Shown here piece after piece: positions 10,192-20,771 of a stretch of 64,000 bases of DNA. This DNA comes from an uncultured Gemmatimonadales bacterium. Its GTDB lineage: Bacteria; Gemmatimonadota; Gemmatimonadetes; Gemmatimonadales; Gemmatimonadaceae. The notes below the pieces were generated by a model. It did not search any database and was not told the origin of the DNA. It worked only from the letters and a program-made list of their open reading frames with translations. The position numbers and the translations under genes are program-made. Position 1 is the stretch's first letter; each line of letters starts with the position of its first letter. The stretch covers positions 3,328,001 through 3,392,000 of the forward strand of contig OY969695.1 of assembly GCA_963701965.1 (NCBI GenBank). The letters run 5' to 3'.

Positions 10192-10225
10192 AGGGTAACA
10201 TCGGGTCGGCTCACACGAGTGTCAA
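10192..10225 (-). promoter_or_regulatory. Candidate sigma70 promoter for the ATPase-GntR unit
   Basis: Minus strand TTGACA (10225-10220), 17 bp spacer, then GATGTT; an overlapping TGtTACCCT is an alternative extended -10. Confidence 0.45.
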
Positions 10226-10284
10226 GCCGAAGCGGGGCGCGTCGACGAGTAAGGGCTGGCGCGGTGCGTAGTTGTCTTAGACGC

Positions 10285-11550
10285 GTGATAGTCTCTCGTG
10301 TTCTGGCAGGCGCGATGGTGTTGACCCGGGCGCTTGGCGCCCAAGCCGACACTTCGGCCGTCCTGCTCACGCCCGCACGCGTCTTCGACGCCCCCGCGGG
10401 TGTGACGCACGAGGGTTGGGCTGTCCTCGTGCGCGGCGCCCACATCGCCGCCGTGGGCCCCCGGGCGACGATCGCCGCGGGTGGTGCGCGGACGATCGAT
10501 CTACCGAACACGACCCTGTTGCCCGGGCTCATCGACGCCCATTCGCACCTGTTCCTCCACCCGTATATCGAGACGCCATGGGCGGATCAGGTCCTCAAGG
10601 AGCCGTTGGCGCTACGCGTAGCGCGCGCCACCATGGCGGCGCGCCGGACACTGCAAGCGGGGTTCACGACGCTCCGCGATCTCGGCACCGAAGGCGCCGG
10701 TGACGCCGACGTCGGGGTCAAACAGGCCATTGATCAGGGGATCATTCCGGGGCCCCGGCTCTTCGTCGCGACGCGGGCCATCGTCGCCACCGGCTCCTAC
10801 GGGCCCCACGGCTATGCGTTCGCGGTACCCCAAGGTGCGGAGGACGCCAGCGGCGTCGAAGGCGTGATGACCGCGGTCCGGCATCAGATCGCCAACGGCG
10901 CGGACTGGATCAAGCTCTACGCCGACGGCTCGGCGAGTCCGAGCGGGCAGATCGAGGTGACGTTCTCGCTGGACGAGCTCAAAGCCGCCATGGATGTCGC
11001 GCACGGCGCCGGCCGACTGGTGGCCGTGCACGCCCGGAGCGTGGAAGGGGTGCGGCGGGCCGTCCTCGCGGGCGCGACGACCATCGAGCACGCCGACTCC
11101 GCATCGAGCGAGGATTTTCGTCTGATGGTCGAGCACGGCGTGGCCTTGTGTCCGACGCTGGCGGGGACCGAGAGCGGCTATCTGCGCAACGGATGGAAAA
11201 AGGGGACTGACCCCGTGCCGCCCGGCGTCGCTCTCAAACACCACGCTTTCCAGGCGGCTCGCGCCGCCGGTGTCACGATCTGCAATGGCAGCGACGTGGG
11301 TGCCTTTCCCCACGGTGACAATGCCCACGAGCTGGAGCTCCTGGTCGAATACGGCATGACGCCGGTGGAGGCGCTGCAAGCCGCCACCTCCGTCGATGCC
11401 AAAGTCCTGCACCTCACCGACCGCGGGATCATCGCCCCTGGTCTCTTGGCCGATCTCGTCGCCGTCAATGGGGATCCGACGCGCGACATCCATGCCCTTC
11501 ATCACGTCCGCCTGGTCCTCAAGGGCGGCGAGGTCGTTTCTCTCCAATGA
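10285..11550 (+). CDS. Secreted amidohydrolase (Xaa-Pro dipeptidase-like, metal-dependent hydrolase A)
   Basis: [40 protein letters not shown]; signal-peptide-like N-terminus; start approximate. Confidence 0.88.
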   Translation: MIVSRVLAGAMVLTRALGAQADTSAVLLTPARVFDAPAGVTHEGWAVLVRGAHIAAVGPRATIAAGGARTIDLPNTTLLPGLIDAHSHLFLHPYIETPWADQVLKEPLALRVARATMAARRTLQAGFTTLRDLGTEGAGDADVGVKQAIDQGIIPGPRLFVATRAIVATGSYGPHGYAFAVPQGAEDASGVEGVMTAVRHQIANGADWIKLYADGSASPSGQIEVTFSLDELKAAMDVAHGAGRLVAVHARSVEGVRRAVLAGATTIEHADSASSEDFRLMVEHGVALCPTLAGTESGYLRNGWKKGTDPVPPGVALKHHAFQAARAAGVTICNGSDVGAFPHGDNAHELELLVEYGMTPVEALQAATSVDAKVLHLTDRGIIAPGLLADLVAVNGDPTRDIHALHHVRLVLKGGEVVSLQ

Positions 11551-13595
11551 TCACGCGTACCGTGTGCGGCGCGACCCTGCTGCTGGCCCTGACCGCCGGC
11601 GCCCAGTCCGCCAAGCGTCCGATGACGTTCGACGACATCATGTCGATGCGTTCCCTGGGCGGCATCGAGATCTCGCCCGATGGGCGCTCGGTCGTCTATT
11701 CGGTGAGCGGTTGGGAGAAGGCCGAGATCCCGGTTCGGCGATCCCACCTGTGGCTCGTGCCCACGGCGGGCGGGACGCCGCATCAGCTCACCTTCGGCGA
11801 CCGGGGCGAGTCGTCGCCCGCCTGGACTCCCGACGGCCACGCGATCGCTTTCATTACTGCCCGCGGCACCGGCGACGAGGGTCAGCGGCCGCAGGTGTGG
11901 TTCCTCCCCATCGATGGCGGGGAAGCGCGGCAGATCACGCACGCCCATGACGGCGCCGAGAGCTTCTCCTGGTCGCCGGACGGAACGCAGCTCGCGTATC
12001 TGAGCGTCGACTCCGTTCCGCGCGCCGAGGAAGCGAAACTCAAGCGGCACGACGACGCGCAGGTGTTCGAGAGCGGCGGGCGGACGACGCACTTATGGGT
12101 GGCGAACGTCGCCACCGGCCAGACCGTCGAACTCGTGCACGGCAACTATACCCTCAGCGCGCTGGCGATTGGCGGCATGCCCCAATGGTCGCCCGATGGC
12201 ACGCGCATCGCCTTCGTGGCGTCACCCACCGGTCTCCTGCGCGATCTCCGCGGGACGGTGTACGTGGTGACCGTCGCCACCAAGGCGGTGGAGCGCGTCG
12301 GGCAACAGTATCGCGCCGCGCCGATCACGTTGACCCAGCCGGCGTGGTCGCCGGACGGGCACACGCTGGCGTTCGCCTCCTTTCCCCAGAGCGACACGCT
12401 CATGGGGGACAGCATCCCGGCACCGGTGCTCAACAACGGCGACATGGTCTTGTACGATCTGGCCACGAAGCAAAGCAAGACCGTGCACGATCCCAAGCTC
12501 GAAGTCACGCTGATGCAGTTGCAGTGGACGCCCGACGGGCGATCGTTGCTCTTCTCCACCAACGACCGCGTGTATGAGAGCGTTTTCGCTTTCGATCTCG
12601 CGTCCGGGGCGTTCCGTCGCGTGACCGACAAGACTATCGTGCGCGGCCTGTCGGTGAGCCGGGATGGCCAGCACGTGGCCTTCGGTATGGAGACGCACGA
12701 CGCGCCGCGCGACATCTACGTGAGCGATCTGCGCTTCACCGCGCCGAAGCGACTCACCACGATCAACCCGCAGCTGGCCGACGTCGCCCTCGGGCAGACC
12801 GAGTTGATCACGTGGAAGAGCGCTGGCGGCCCCGAGATCTCGGGCGTCCTCCTCAGGCCGGTCGGGTATCAGGCCGGCCGGAAATATCCGCTGCTGGTCG
12901 AAGAGCACGGCGGCCCGACGGGCGCCAGTATCGACGACTTCAAGGCGACGCCCACATCACCGGGCCAGGTGTGGGCCGGTGAAGGGTGGGCCGTGCTCTA
13001 TCCCAACCCCCGGGGGTCGGAAGGATTCGGCGAGTCGTTCATGCGCGCCAACATCAAGGACCTGGGCGGCGGCGATTATCGCGACATCATGGCCGGCGTC
13101 GACGACGTGATCCGCCGCGGCGTCGTGGATTCGAGCCGCATGGCGTTCATCGGGTGGAGCTACGGCGGATACATGACGGCCTGGGTCGTCGGTCACACGT
13201 CGCGCTTCAAGGCCGCGCGGATGGGCGCGGGGATGTCGGATCTGCTCAGTATGTACGGCACCAGCGAGATCTCCGGCTATATCGGCCTGTTCGAAGGCGG
13301 CATGCCGAGCGCGGAGACGATGGAAGTGTACCGGAGGCAGTCGCCGCTCACGTACGCGGATCACGTGACCACTCCGCTCCTCATCGAGCACGGCGCGGCC
13401 GATCCCCGCGTGCCGCCCGGGCAGTCCATTCAGTTCTATCGGGCCCTGCACGATCGTGGCAAGACCGCGGAGCTGGTGCTGTATCCCCGCGAGCAACACG
13501 GATTCACCGAGTACTATCACCTGCTGGACCGCATGCAGCGGGACTCGGCCTGGATCACCAAGTACACGCTGGGCACGCCAACGACGGTCCAATGA
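11547..13595 (+). CDS. S9-family peptidase (acylaminoacyl/dipeptidyl aminopeptidase)
   Basis: Signal peptide, WSPDG beta-propeller repeats, HGGP, GWSYGG nucleophile, D (ADPRV) and H (EQHG). Confidence 0.93.
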   Translation: MITRTVCGATLLLALTAGAQSAKRPMTFDDIMSMRSLGGIEISPDGRSVVYSVSGWEKAEIPVRRSHLWLVPTAGGTPHQLTFGDRGESSPAWTPDGHAIAFITARGTGDEGQRPQVWFLPIDGGEARQITHAHDGAESFSWSPDGTQLAYLSVDSVPRAEEAKLKRHDDAQVFESGGRTTHLWVANVATGQTVELVHGNYTLSALAIGGMPQWSPDGTRIAFVASPTGLLRDLRGTVYVVTVATKAVERVGQQYRAAPITLTQPAWSPDGHTLAFASFPQSDTLMGDSIPAPVLNNGDMVLYDLATKQSKTVHDPKLEVTLMQLQWTPDGRSLLFSTNDRVYESVFAFDLASGAFRRVTDKTIVRGLSVSRDGQHVAFGMETHDAPRDIYVSDLRFTAPKRLTTINPQLADVALGQTELITWKSAGGPEISGVLLRPVGYQAGRKYPLLVEEHGGPTGASIDDFKATPTSPGQVWAGEGWAVLYPNPRGSEGFGESFMRANIKDLGGGDYRDIMAGVDDVIRRGVVDSSRMAFIGWSYGGYMTAWVVGHTSRFKAARMGAGMSDLLSMYGTSEISGYIGLFEGGMPSAETMEVYRRQSPLTYADHVTTPLLIEHGAADPRVPPGQSIQFYRALHDRGKTAELVLYPREQHGFTEYYHLLDRMQRDSAWITKYTLGTPTTVQ

Positions 13596-15292
13596 GACGG
13601 TGCTCCGCCGCGCGCGCTTCGCTAGCGCTCGCGGCGCTCGCGGTGGTCGGCAGCGCGATGGGTGCGCGTGTGGTGCTCGCACAGGCTGTCAGCGTCTCGT
13701 TTGCGCGGTCGGTCCGGGCGGAGCCCGTGACCGGCCGCGTGTTTCTGTTCGTCTCGAACGACAGCACGCCGGAGCCACGCTACCAAGGCGGCGCCCTGGG
13801 AGCGAACGCGCCGTTCTTCGGCAAGGACGTCGCGGGAGTGGCGCCGGGTCAGCCGATGACCCTGGCCGCGACGACGCCCGGTTTCCCGCCATGCACGTTG
13901 AGCGCGCTCCCACCAGGCGACTACTTCGTGCAAGCGCTGCTCAACGTGTACACGGAGTTCCACCGGTCGGACGGGCATACGATCTGGGCCCACAACGACC
14001 AGTGGGAGGGGCAGCAGTTGGCGTCCTCGCCGGGGAATCTGGTCAGCGCCGTACGCAAGGTGCACTTGGGGCCGGGCACGACGTTGCGACTCGATCTCTC
14101 CCAGGTGATCCCGCCGGTTGTCGTCCCCGCGGACACGAAGTGGGTCCGGCACGTGAAGATCCAAAGCGCGATCCTCACGAAATTCTGGGGCCGCCCGATG
14201 TACTTGGGCGCCGTGGTGTTGCTGCCCAAGGACTACGACGCGCATCCGGATGTCGCGTATCCGGTCGACTACGAGCAGGATCACTTCAGTCTGGCGCCGC
14301 CCTATCACTTCCAGGAAGAGCCGGTGTACCCGGTGGATTCGCTCGAGGTCGGGCACCGCGCGTGGGTCGTCAACATGCGGCGCGGCGAGGGCTATCAGCT
14401 CTATAAAGACTGGAGCAGCGATAACTTCCCGCGCCTTCTCATGGTCACGTTCCTGCACCCGACACCGTACTACGACGACTCGTACGCCGTGAACTCGGCG
14501 AACAACGGCCCGTATGGCGACGCGATCATGCAGGAGCTGGTGCCCTATATCGAATCGCACTTTCGCATCATCAAGGCGCCCTACGCGCGCGTGCTGAGCG
14601 GCGGCTCCACCGGCGGGTGGGAGTCGTTGGCCCTCCAGGTCTACCATCCTGAATTCTTCGGCGGCGCGTGGGTCTACTATCCGGACCCGGTCGACTTTCA
14701 CAACTGGGCGCTGATCGACATCTACCGCGACACGAACGCGTTCCGCGCGCCAGGCTCCACATGGTTGGATTTTGAGCGGCCATTCCTGCGCACGCCCGAA
14801 GGGCAGGTCATGCTCACCGAGCGTCAGGAGAGCCAGCTCGAAGCGGTCCTCGCCTCGCACGGGCGCTCGGCCGAACAACAGGAAGCGTGGGAATCGGTGT
14901 ATGCGCCCGCCGGACCGGACGGATACCCGCTGCCCCTGTGGGACCGACACACGGGCGTCATCGATCATGCCATCGCCGATTCCATGCGCGCCCGCGGGTT
15001 CGATCTGCGCGACTACATGCAGGCGCGTTGGAACACGATTGGATCATCGCTCGTAGGGAAGCTGCACTTCTACACGGGCGACATGGACCACTTCTATCTC
15101 AACCTCGCGATCTACGACGTCCAGAAGTTCCTCGAGACCACGGACTACGCCGGCTCGTTCGACTTTGGCCGTCCGCTCAAAGGCCACGGCTATCGCCCAA
15201 CCGCCACCGGCGTGATGCTGCGGTGGATGGCCGACGAGATCGCGAAGCACGCTCCTCCCGGAGAGGTAACCACCGCATGGCACTATCGCTGA
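13592..15292 (+). CDS. Secreted alpha/beta-hydrolase (putative esterase) with N-terminal beta domain
   Basis: VLLPKDYD, DSYAVNSANNGPYGDA, GGSTGGW nucleophile elbow, PDPVDF. ATG overlaps the upstream stop. Confidence 0.8.
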   Translation: MRRCSAARASLALAALAVVGSAMGARVVLAQAVSVSFARSVRAEPVTGRVFLFVSNDSTPEPRYQGGALGANAPFFGKDVAGVAPGQPMTLAATTPGFPPCTLSALPPGDYFVQALLNVYTEFHRSDGHTIWAHNDQWEGQQLASSPGNLVSAVRKVHLGPGTTLRLDLSQVIPPVVVPADTKWVRHVKIQSAILTKFWGRPMYLGAVVLLPKDYDAHPDVAYPVDYEQDHFSLAPPYHFQEEPVYPVDSLEVGHRAWVVNMRRGEGYQLYKDWSSDNFPRLLMVTFLHPTPYYDDSYAVNSANNGPYGDAIMQELVPYIESHFRIIKAPYARVLSGGSTGGWESLALQVYHPEFFGGAWVYYPDPVDFHNWALIDIYRDTNAFRAPGSTWLDFERPFLRTPEGQVMLTERQESQLEAVLASHGRSAEQQEAWESVYAPAGPDGYPLPLWDRHTGVIDHAIADSMRARGFDLRDYMQARWNTIGSSLVGKLHFYTGDMDHFYLNLAIYDVQKFLETTDYAGSFDFGRPLKGHGYRPTATGVMLRWMADEIAKHAPPGEVTTAWHYR

Positions 15293-15963
15293 AGACCTAC
15301 ACGATCGTCTCCACGACGGTCACGGGCATTCTGGCGCTGGCGGCGTTCGCCCAGAAGACCCACTTCAAGGAGATCGACGTCGAGCGCATCAACATCGTCG
15401 AGAGCGACGGCCGCATGCGCATGTCGATCTCCAACGCCGAGCTCTCGCCGGGCTGGGTGTTTCGGGGGAAGACGGTGCCCGGTCGGCCGAAGGAGGCGGG
15501 GATGATCTTTTACAATGACGAAGGCGAGGAGAACGGCGGCCTCATCTTCGGCGGCAAGAAAGTCGACGGCAAGATCCAGTCGTTCGGGCATCTGTCGTTC
15601 GACCAGTACGACCAGGACCAGGACATCTCGCTGGACTACCAGCAGGAAGATGGCCATCGCCGCGCGGGCATCGGGTTCTACGACCGGCCAAACACGCCGA
15701 TCATGGACATGGTCGACCAGCAGCGCACGATCACCAAGATGGCCGACGGTCCCGGCAAAGACTCGGCGCTCAAAGCGCTGAGGGTCGGATACGCGCAGCG
15801 GGCGTACATCGGTCGCGATCCGGGTCGCGCGTCGATTGTCGTACTCTCCGACCCGATGAACCGGCCGCGTCTCCGCATGACGGTCGACTCCCTGGGGCAA
15901 GCGAGCATCGAGTTCCTCGACGAGGCCGGGAAGGTGACGCGTCGCCTGAGCGGGGCCGACTAG
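15277..15963 (+). CDS. Uncharacterised exported protein (paralog of 187..915)
   Basis: EIDVERINIVESDGRMRMSISN, FYNDEGEENGGL, LSFDQYDQD, RPRLRMTVDSLG. Confidence 0.75.
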   Translation: MALSLKTYTIVSTTVTGILALAAFAQKTHFKEIDVERINIVESDGRMRMSISNAELSPGWVFRGKTVPGRPKEAGMIFYNDEGEENGGLIFGGKKVDGKIQSFGHLSFDQYDQDQDISLDYQQEDGHRRAGIGFYDRPNTPIMDMVDQQRTITKMADGPGKDSALKALRVGYAQRAYIGRDPGRASIVVLSDPMNRPRLRMTVDSLGQASIEFLDEAGKVTRRLSGAD

Positions 15964-16874
15964 AAGGCGGGCGCCCCCCGCCCGACGACGAGCGGTTTTT
16001 CGAGCGCATCCAACCGGGCCGCGCGCAACACGCGCCGGCCCGCGGGCGAAAGCAAATACGCCACGAACCGCTCGCCGGCCGACTTGTGTGGCGCGGCCGT
16101 CGGGATCGACAACGCATACACGATCGGCTCGCCGCGGAAGGTCACCGTGTCGCCGGCCTTGGCGCCGCGCACGCGCACGACCGCACGCGCGTACGCCATC
16201 GAATCCGCGGGACTGCCGAGGTCCATGGCCTCGGGCAAGCGCACGTATCGGAGGTGCGCCGCCAGCGCGACGGACTCGTAGCCCCACGCGTAGTCGAGAT
16301 CGCCGGTCTGGAGTAACGCCACGAGATCGGCGGACTTGGGGCGCATGTTGCGCGGCGGCGCCGCCTTCTCCAGCGTCGCGGCCAGACCCGGCTGCTTGTA
16401 CTGCTGCTCCGCCAGCTGGAACACGAGCAACGCGCGATACCCCGCGGGGTCGAGATCCGGGTCGGATCTGCCTACCTCGACGCCCGGCCGGGTAATGGTC
16501 TTGACCCAGTTCTGGGCCGAGATCGTCTGGGCGCCCTTGGACCGATCCGTATAGGCCAGCACCATACGGTTGCGGGCGAACGCCGCGTACCACGTCGTCT
16601 GCGCCGGCATGAGGAGGCGCGGGAAGATCTCGTAGTCGGCCAGCGCGATGACATCGGGAATGCGGCCCAGGTCGAGCAGTTTGCGCGCGGTCTCGAGACT
16701 ACCGGCATTCTCCTGCAGCAAGACCGCCGGCGTATGCACCGCGAACGAATCGAAGGCCGCCTTGAGGGGCAATGCCAGCGTGCCCGCATCGAACACGACG
16801 ACGGTGTCGCTTGCCGTCCCCGCGCGCGGCATGGCGGCGAGCGTCGCCGCGGCTGCCAGGGTGAGCCAGTGCAT
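15960..16874 (-). CDS. Tungstate/molybdate ABC substrate-binding protein (WtpA-like)
   Basis: AGTL, AGSLETARK, DVIALADY, GRSDPDLDPAGYRA, GDLDYAWGYESVA, GEPIVYALSIP; signal peptide. Confidence 0.8.
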   Translation of the reverse strand: MHWLTLAAAATLAAMPRAGTASDTVVVFDAGTLALPLKAAFDSFAVHTPAVLLQENAGSLETARKLLDLGRIPDVIALADYEIFPRLLMPAQTTWYAAFARNRMVLAYTDRSKGAQTISAQNWVKTITRPGVEVGRSDPDLDPAGYRALLVFQLAEQQYKQPGLAATLEKAAPPRNMRPKSADLVALLQTGDLDYAWGYESVALAAHLRYVRLPEAMDLGSPADSMAYARAVVRVRGAKAGDTVTFRGEPIVYALSIPTAAPHKSAGERFVAYLLSPAGRRVLRAARLDALEKPLVVGRGAPAF

Positions 16875-16956
16875 GCCGCAATGTAAGGGAACGTTGGGTC
16901 ATGACAAAACCTTGACATTATTGGACGAACGGGGCGAAACGCCGTATGATCACCCT

Positions 16957-17517
16957 ATGCGTATCCCATTGGTGGTATTCGTCGCGTGTGTCGCCACGTC
17001 TCACGTGAGCGCCGCGCAAAGCGCGCCCGACCGCGCCGCGGCCCTCGAAGTGCGCAAGCAGTTCCGGGCCGACCTCGACACGATGTACAACAAGTTCTAC
17101 TCGCTGGCCAACGCGATCCCCGCCGACAAGTACGCCTGGCGGCCGGCGCCCGGCGTGCGCTCCATCGGCGAAGTGTTCATGCACGTCGCCAGCGAGTTCT
17201 ATGTCTGGACGCCGCTCTCCTACGGCGCCAAGCCGTCCCCCGTCATCCCCGGGCGGGACGAGGCGTCCATGAAGAAGTTCGAGGCGATGTCGACCAAAGA
17301 CGACGTGCTCAAGAATCTGAAGGACGGGTACGCCTACACGAAGACCGCGCTGGACGGCCTGGACCCGGCGGCGATCACCGGCGCGCACAAAATGTTCGGT
17401 GGCGAGCATACGGTGATCGACATGTCGTTCGGGATGGGTGGCGACCTGCACGAGCACCTGGGCCAGCTCATCGCCTACGCCCGCTCCAACGGCGTGACGC
17501 CACCGTGGAGTAAATAA
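16957..17517 (+). CDS. Secreted DinB-family protein
   Basis: Signal peptide; IPADKYAWRPAPGVRSIGEVFMH ... HEHLGQLIAYARSNGVTPPWS. Confidence 0.9.
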   Translation: MRIPLVVFVACVATSHVSAAQSAPDRAAALEVRKQFRADLDTMYNKFYSLANAIPADKYAWRPAPGVRSIGEVFMHVASEFYVWTPLSYGAKPSPVIPGRDEASMKKFEAMSTKDDVLKNLKDGYAYTKTALDGLDPAAITGAHKMFGGEHTVIDMSFGMGGDLHEHLGQLIAYARSNGVTPPWSK

Positions 17518-17523
17518 GCGATC

Positions 17524-17544
17524 AGGTTCCCAGGCCGGGAACCT
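17524..17544 (+). terminator. Stem-loop after the DinB gene
   Basis: AGGTTCCC-aggcc-GGGAACCT, perfect 8-bp stem; no U-tract. Confidence 0.4.
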
Positions 17545-17562
17545 CGACGTACAGGAGAAATC

Positions 17563-17832
17563 ATGCCGGCTCATGCTCGGCGCCTCGATACCGCGTCGAC
17601 GATAGTGATCCTGGCCACGGTCATCCTCTTTCTCGTGGCGTTGTTCGAGAAGGGGCTCACGCATGACCTGTTGCTCGAGGCCGGTGTGTTTCTCGTCTCG
17701 ACGAAGATCGTGCTCATGAGCGCGAAGCAGGCGCTCTCGCAGGAGGCGACGCATGCGAGGCTCGATCAGATCGAGGCCACGCTCGGACGCATCGAGCGGG
17801 TGGTGGGGCCCAACTCGACCGGCGCTCGTTGA
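17563..17832 (+). CDS. Small two-TM hypothetical membrane protein
   Basis: AGGAG RBS; two hydrophobic helices followed by a coiled-coil-like tail. Confidence 0.7.
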   Translation: MPAHARRLDTASTIVILATVILFLVALFEKGLTHDLLLEAGVFLVSTKIVLMSAKQALSQEATHARLDQIEATLGRIERVVGPNSTGAR

Positions 17833-17840
17833 CGTGCGCG

Positions 17841-19557
17841 TTAGCGCGCCGCCGTGAGTTCCTCGCGACGGCGCTTCGCGTGCTTCCGGTGCTTCTTGCC
17901 CTTCCCTCGCTTCGCAGACTTCGCGTGCGCCGCCAGGGGTGCGACGGTGAGCAACGTCGCGAGATTGGTGCCGATCGGTGAGCCGAGGCCGCTGGCGGCG
18001 TCCCATCCGATCGTGGCATCGTAGCCGACGTTCGTGTGCGATTCGTAGGTCACCCGATTGTCGCCACTGGTGACATCGCGGAACGCGGACCCCGGCGCCA
18101 TCGCGTAGAGTTGCGGGTTAATGAACCCGACGCGTCCGCCGAGTTTTTGGTTGATGCGCGCCACAAGCGCCGCCCACAGCGGGGCGACGGCGCTGGTGCC
18201 GCCGACGGCGATGGCCTCGCTGCTCAAGTAGAATGTTGTACCCGGAGTCCGGATCTCCATCACCAGTGACGTCCGGCACGCCCCGCCCGGTGCCGCCAGC
18301 CGCGGCCTTCTGGTACGCCGGCGACGGGAACGCGGTGCTGATGCCGCCACCCGTGGCGCCGAACGATCCGTCCGGCCCGGCGTCGGTCGAGATGTCGGCC
18401 GAGTGTTGGTTCCAAACGGATTCCCTGGCGATGGTGTTGCCGTTGGCGATGAGTCGCGTGCCGCCGCAGGCGAGCGCGAACGGGCTCGATGACGGGAAGT
18501 CGACATGTGCGAGCCCGTCCCACCCCTTTGGCCCCATGTCCGCCGCCCCATCATCACCGGCGGCGACACACACCGTGATGCCCAGCATGGCCGCGGACTG
18601 CAGCACCTGATCGAACTGCTGCTGGAACCCGGTGCCCGCCTCTTGCTCGGGGCCGCCCCAGCTGATCGAGATGACGGATGGATTATGCGTGCGATCATGC
18701 ACCGCCGCCGTCAGCGCATCGAGAAAGGACTTCGACCCCCGATCGTTCTTCGCGAAGTAGACCACAATGGTGGCCCCCGGCGCGATCGCGCCGGCGACCT
18801 CGATGTCCAGCACGACCTCGGCGTCATCGGGACCACCCGGCGCATTCGTGGCGCCGTCGATCGACACCGGAATGACCGTCGGCATCGGCACCGGCGGCGT
18901 CAGGCTCGCGAAATAGTGCTCGAGGTCCGCGGGTCGATACCCGCCTCCCAGCTCGATGATGCCAATGGTCTGGCCCGCGCCGGTGACCCCGGTCGGGAAA
19001 TCGTAGAGACTCGCAATGGTCCCCGGGTCCATGGAGCCCGCCCCGTCGCTGGCGGCGGCGGTGGCGCGACGGATGCGGACGTGGCGTTTGGCGACCGGCC
19101 GGTTGTCGAGACCAAAGACCCCTTCGACAATGGGCGCCAGATCCGCCGGGATTTTCACCGAGCCTGTACGGCCCCGGTACGTGCCGTGTGGGTAACTGTA
19201 GACCTGGAGGGTCACGCCAAAGGCTTTGCTCATGTCCGCGACGGTGCCCGACACCAGGACACTGCGGCTGGCGGCCGTCGCTTTGACCACGGTCAGGTCG
19301 TTGTCCTTGGCGAATTTCCGTACCTTCGCCACGTCCTTGGGATCGGCTCCGTAGCGCTTCTCGAACGCCGCGTGGTCGAGGATCGGCGGACGGGCCAATG
19401 GCGCCAGCAGGTCGGCCTTGGGCGGGAGCGGATGCCGCGGACGGATCCGGATCGTAACCTCCACCCGCTCATCGGGCGCCGCCGGCGCGATGACACGGGC
19501 CCCGGGCAGCGGGTTCTTCTTACTGCCCCGGACGGCGACGGTCTTCTTTGAGGGCAT
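17841..19557 (-). CDS. S53 peptidase (kumamolisin/sedolisin) with pro-domain, frameshifted near 18225
   Basis: Pro-domain; GIIELGGG, AEVVLDIE (catalytic E/D), ISISWG, AAGDDG, RGVPDV; GGTSAVAPLWA (catalytic Ser) lies in the second frame. Confidence 0.9.
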
Positions 19558-19622
19558 GTACTAACGCTAGTGGCTGCATGAGCGGGGAGAGGGGGTCCGG
19601 CCGATTTGTTACTCGTCCCCGC

Positions 19623-19651
19623 TTGACCCGATTAGGATACTGGCGTAGGGT
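19623..19651 (+). promoter_or_regulatory. Sigma70-type promoter of the efflux operon (probably leaderless)
   Basis: TTGACC-N17-TAGGGT, then 7 nt to ATG 19659. Confidence 0.6.
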
Positions 19652-19658
19652 ATTGCCT

Positions 19659-20771
19659 ATGGTCGTGACCCGCGGTGCCTGTGCCGCGGTCGCCGCTATG
19701 GTGGCGACCGCGGCCGGTTGTTCATCGAAACCGGCGGCCGACGCCGGGCCGGCATTCGTCGCGCAGGCCAATGGCGCCGTCCAGATCCCCGAAGGCTCGC
19801 CGCTCCGGTCGGGGCTCGTGTTCGACACGGCGCGGACCAGCGTCCGGAGCGACGTGGTGTTGGCCACGGCGTCCGTCGAGTCGGACCCCGTGCACACCGT
19901 CCCGATCTTGCCGCCGCTGGCCGGCCGCATCATCGCGTTGAACGTCCGCCTCGGCGAGGCCGTCCACAAAGGCCAGCCGCTCCTGACGCTGGATTCGCCC
20001 GACTTTACATCGGCGCAGGCCGACTACGACCATGCGCTGTCGGCCTACCACCAGGCCAAGAACAACCTGGCCCGCCAACACGATTTGGCACAGTACGGGA
20101 TCGCGGCGCAGCGCGACGTGGAACAGGCCGAGACGGACTTTGCCCAGGCCGCCGGCGATCTCCGTCGCAGCGCGGCGCATCTGACCCTGCTCGGTGTCGA
20201 CACCGCGCTCGCCCTCAAGGAGCAGGCGCTGGTCATCCGCTCGCCCATTGCCGGACGCGTCACCGACCTGACCGTCGGCGTCGGCGAGTTCCATAACGAC
20301 CCGACGATCTCGGTGATGACCGTCGCCGATCTGGCGACCGTGTACCTCACGGCCAACGTCCCCGAAAAAGACGTGCACGCCATTCAGCCCGGGGAGCGCG
20401 CGGTGGCGGTGCTCAGCGCCTATCCCACGGATACGCTGCGCGGCATCGTCGCCATGGTCAGCGACGTCGTCGATACGGCGACGCGCATGACCAAGGCGCG
20501 GGTGCGCGTCGACAATCCCACCGGTCGTCTCAAACCCGGCATGTACGGCATGATCACGTTTGCCGCGCATCCGCGGCCCACGATTGTGGTGCCGGCCACG
20601 TCGCTGCTCCAGATCGGCGACTCGAGCTACGTCTTCGTCGAGACGAAACCGTGGACGCTCCAGCGCCGGCCGGTGATCGTGGGGAACGTGGACTCGGGCC
20701 GCGTGGTCGTCCGTGAGGGCCTCTCCGGAGGCCAGCGCGTCGTCGCCAGCCAGGTGGTCCTCTTCCAGTGA
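19659..20771 (+). CDS. RND efflux periplasmic adaptor (CzcB-like lipoprotein)
   Basis: AAGC lipobox; PLAGRI, IRSPIAGRV, VADL, TRMTKARV.VDNPTGRLKPGM. Confidence 0.9.
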   Translation: MVVTRGACAAVAAMVATAAGCSSKPAADAGPAFVAQANGAVQIPEGSPLRSGLVFDTARTSVRSDVVLATASVESDPVHTVPILPPLAGRIIALNVRLGEAVHKGQPLLTLDSPDFTSAQADYDHALSAYHQAKNNLARQHDLAQYGIAAQRDVEQAETDFAQAAGDLRRSAAHLTLLGVDTALALKEQALVIRSPIAGRVTDLTVGVGEFHNDPTISVMTVADLATVYLTANVPEKDVHAIQPGERAVAVLSAYPTDTLRGIVAMVSDVVDTATRMTKARVRVDNPTGRLKPGMYGMITFAAHPRPTIVVPATSLLQIGDSSYVFVETKPWTLQRRPVIVGNVDSGRVVVREGLSGGQRVVASQVVLFQ

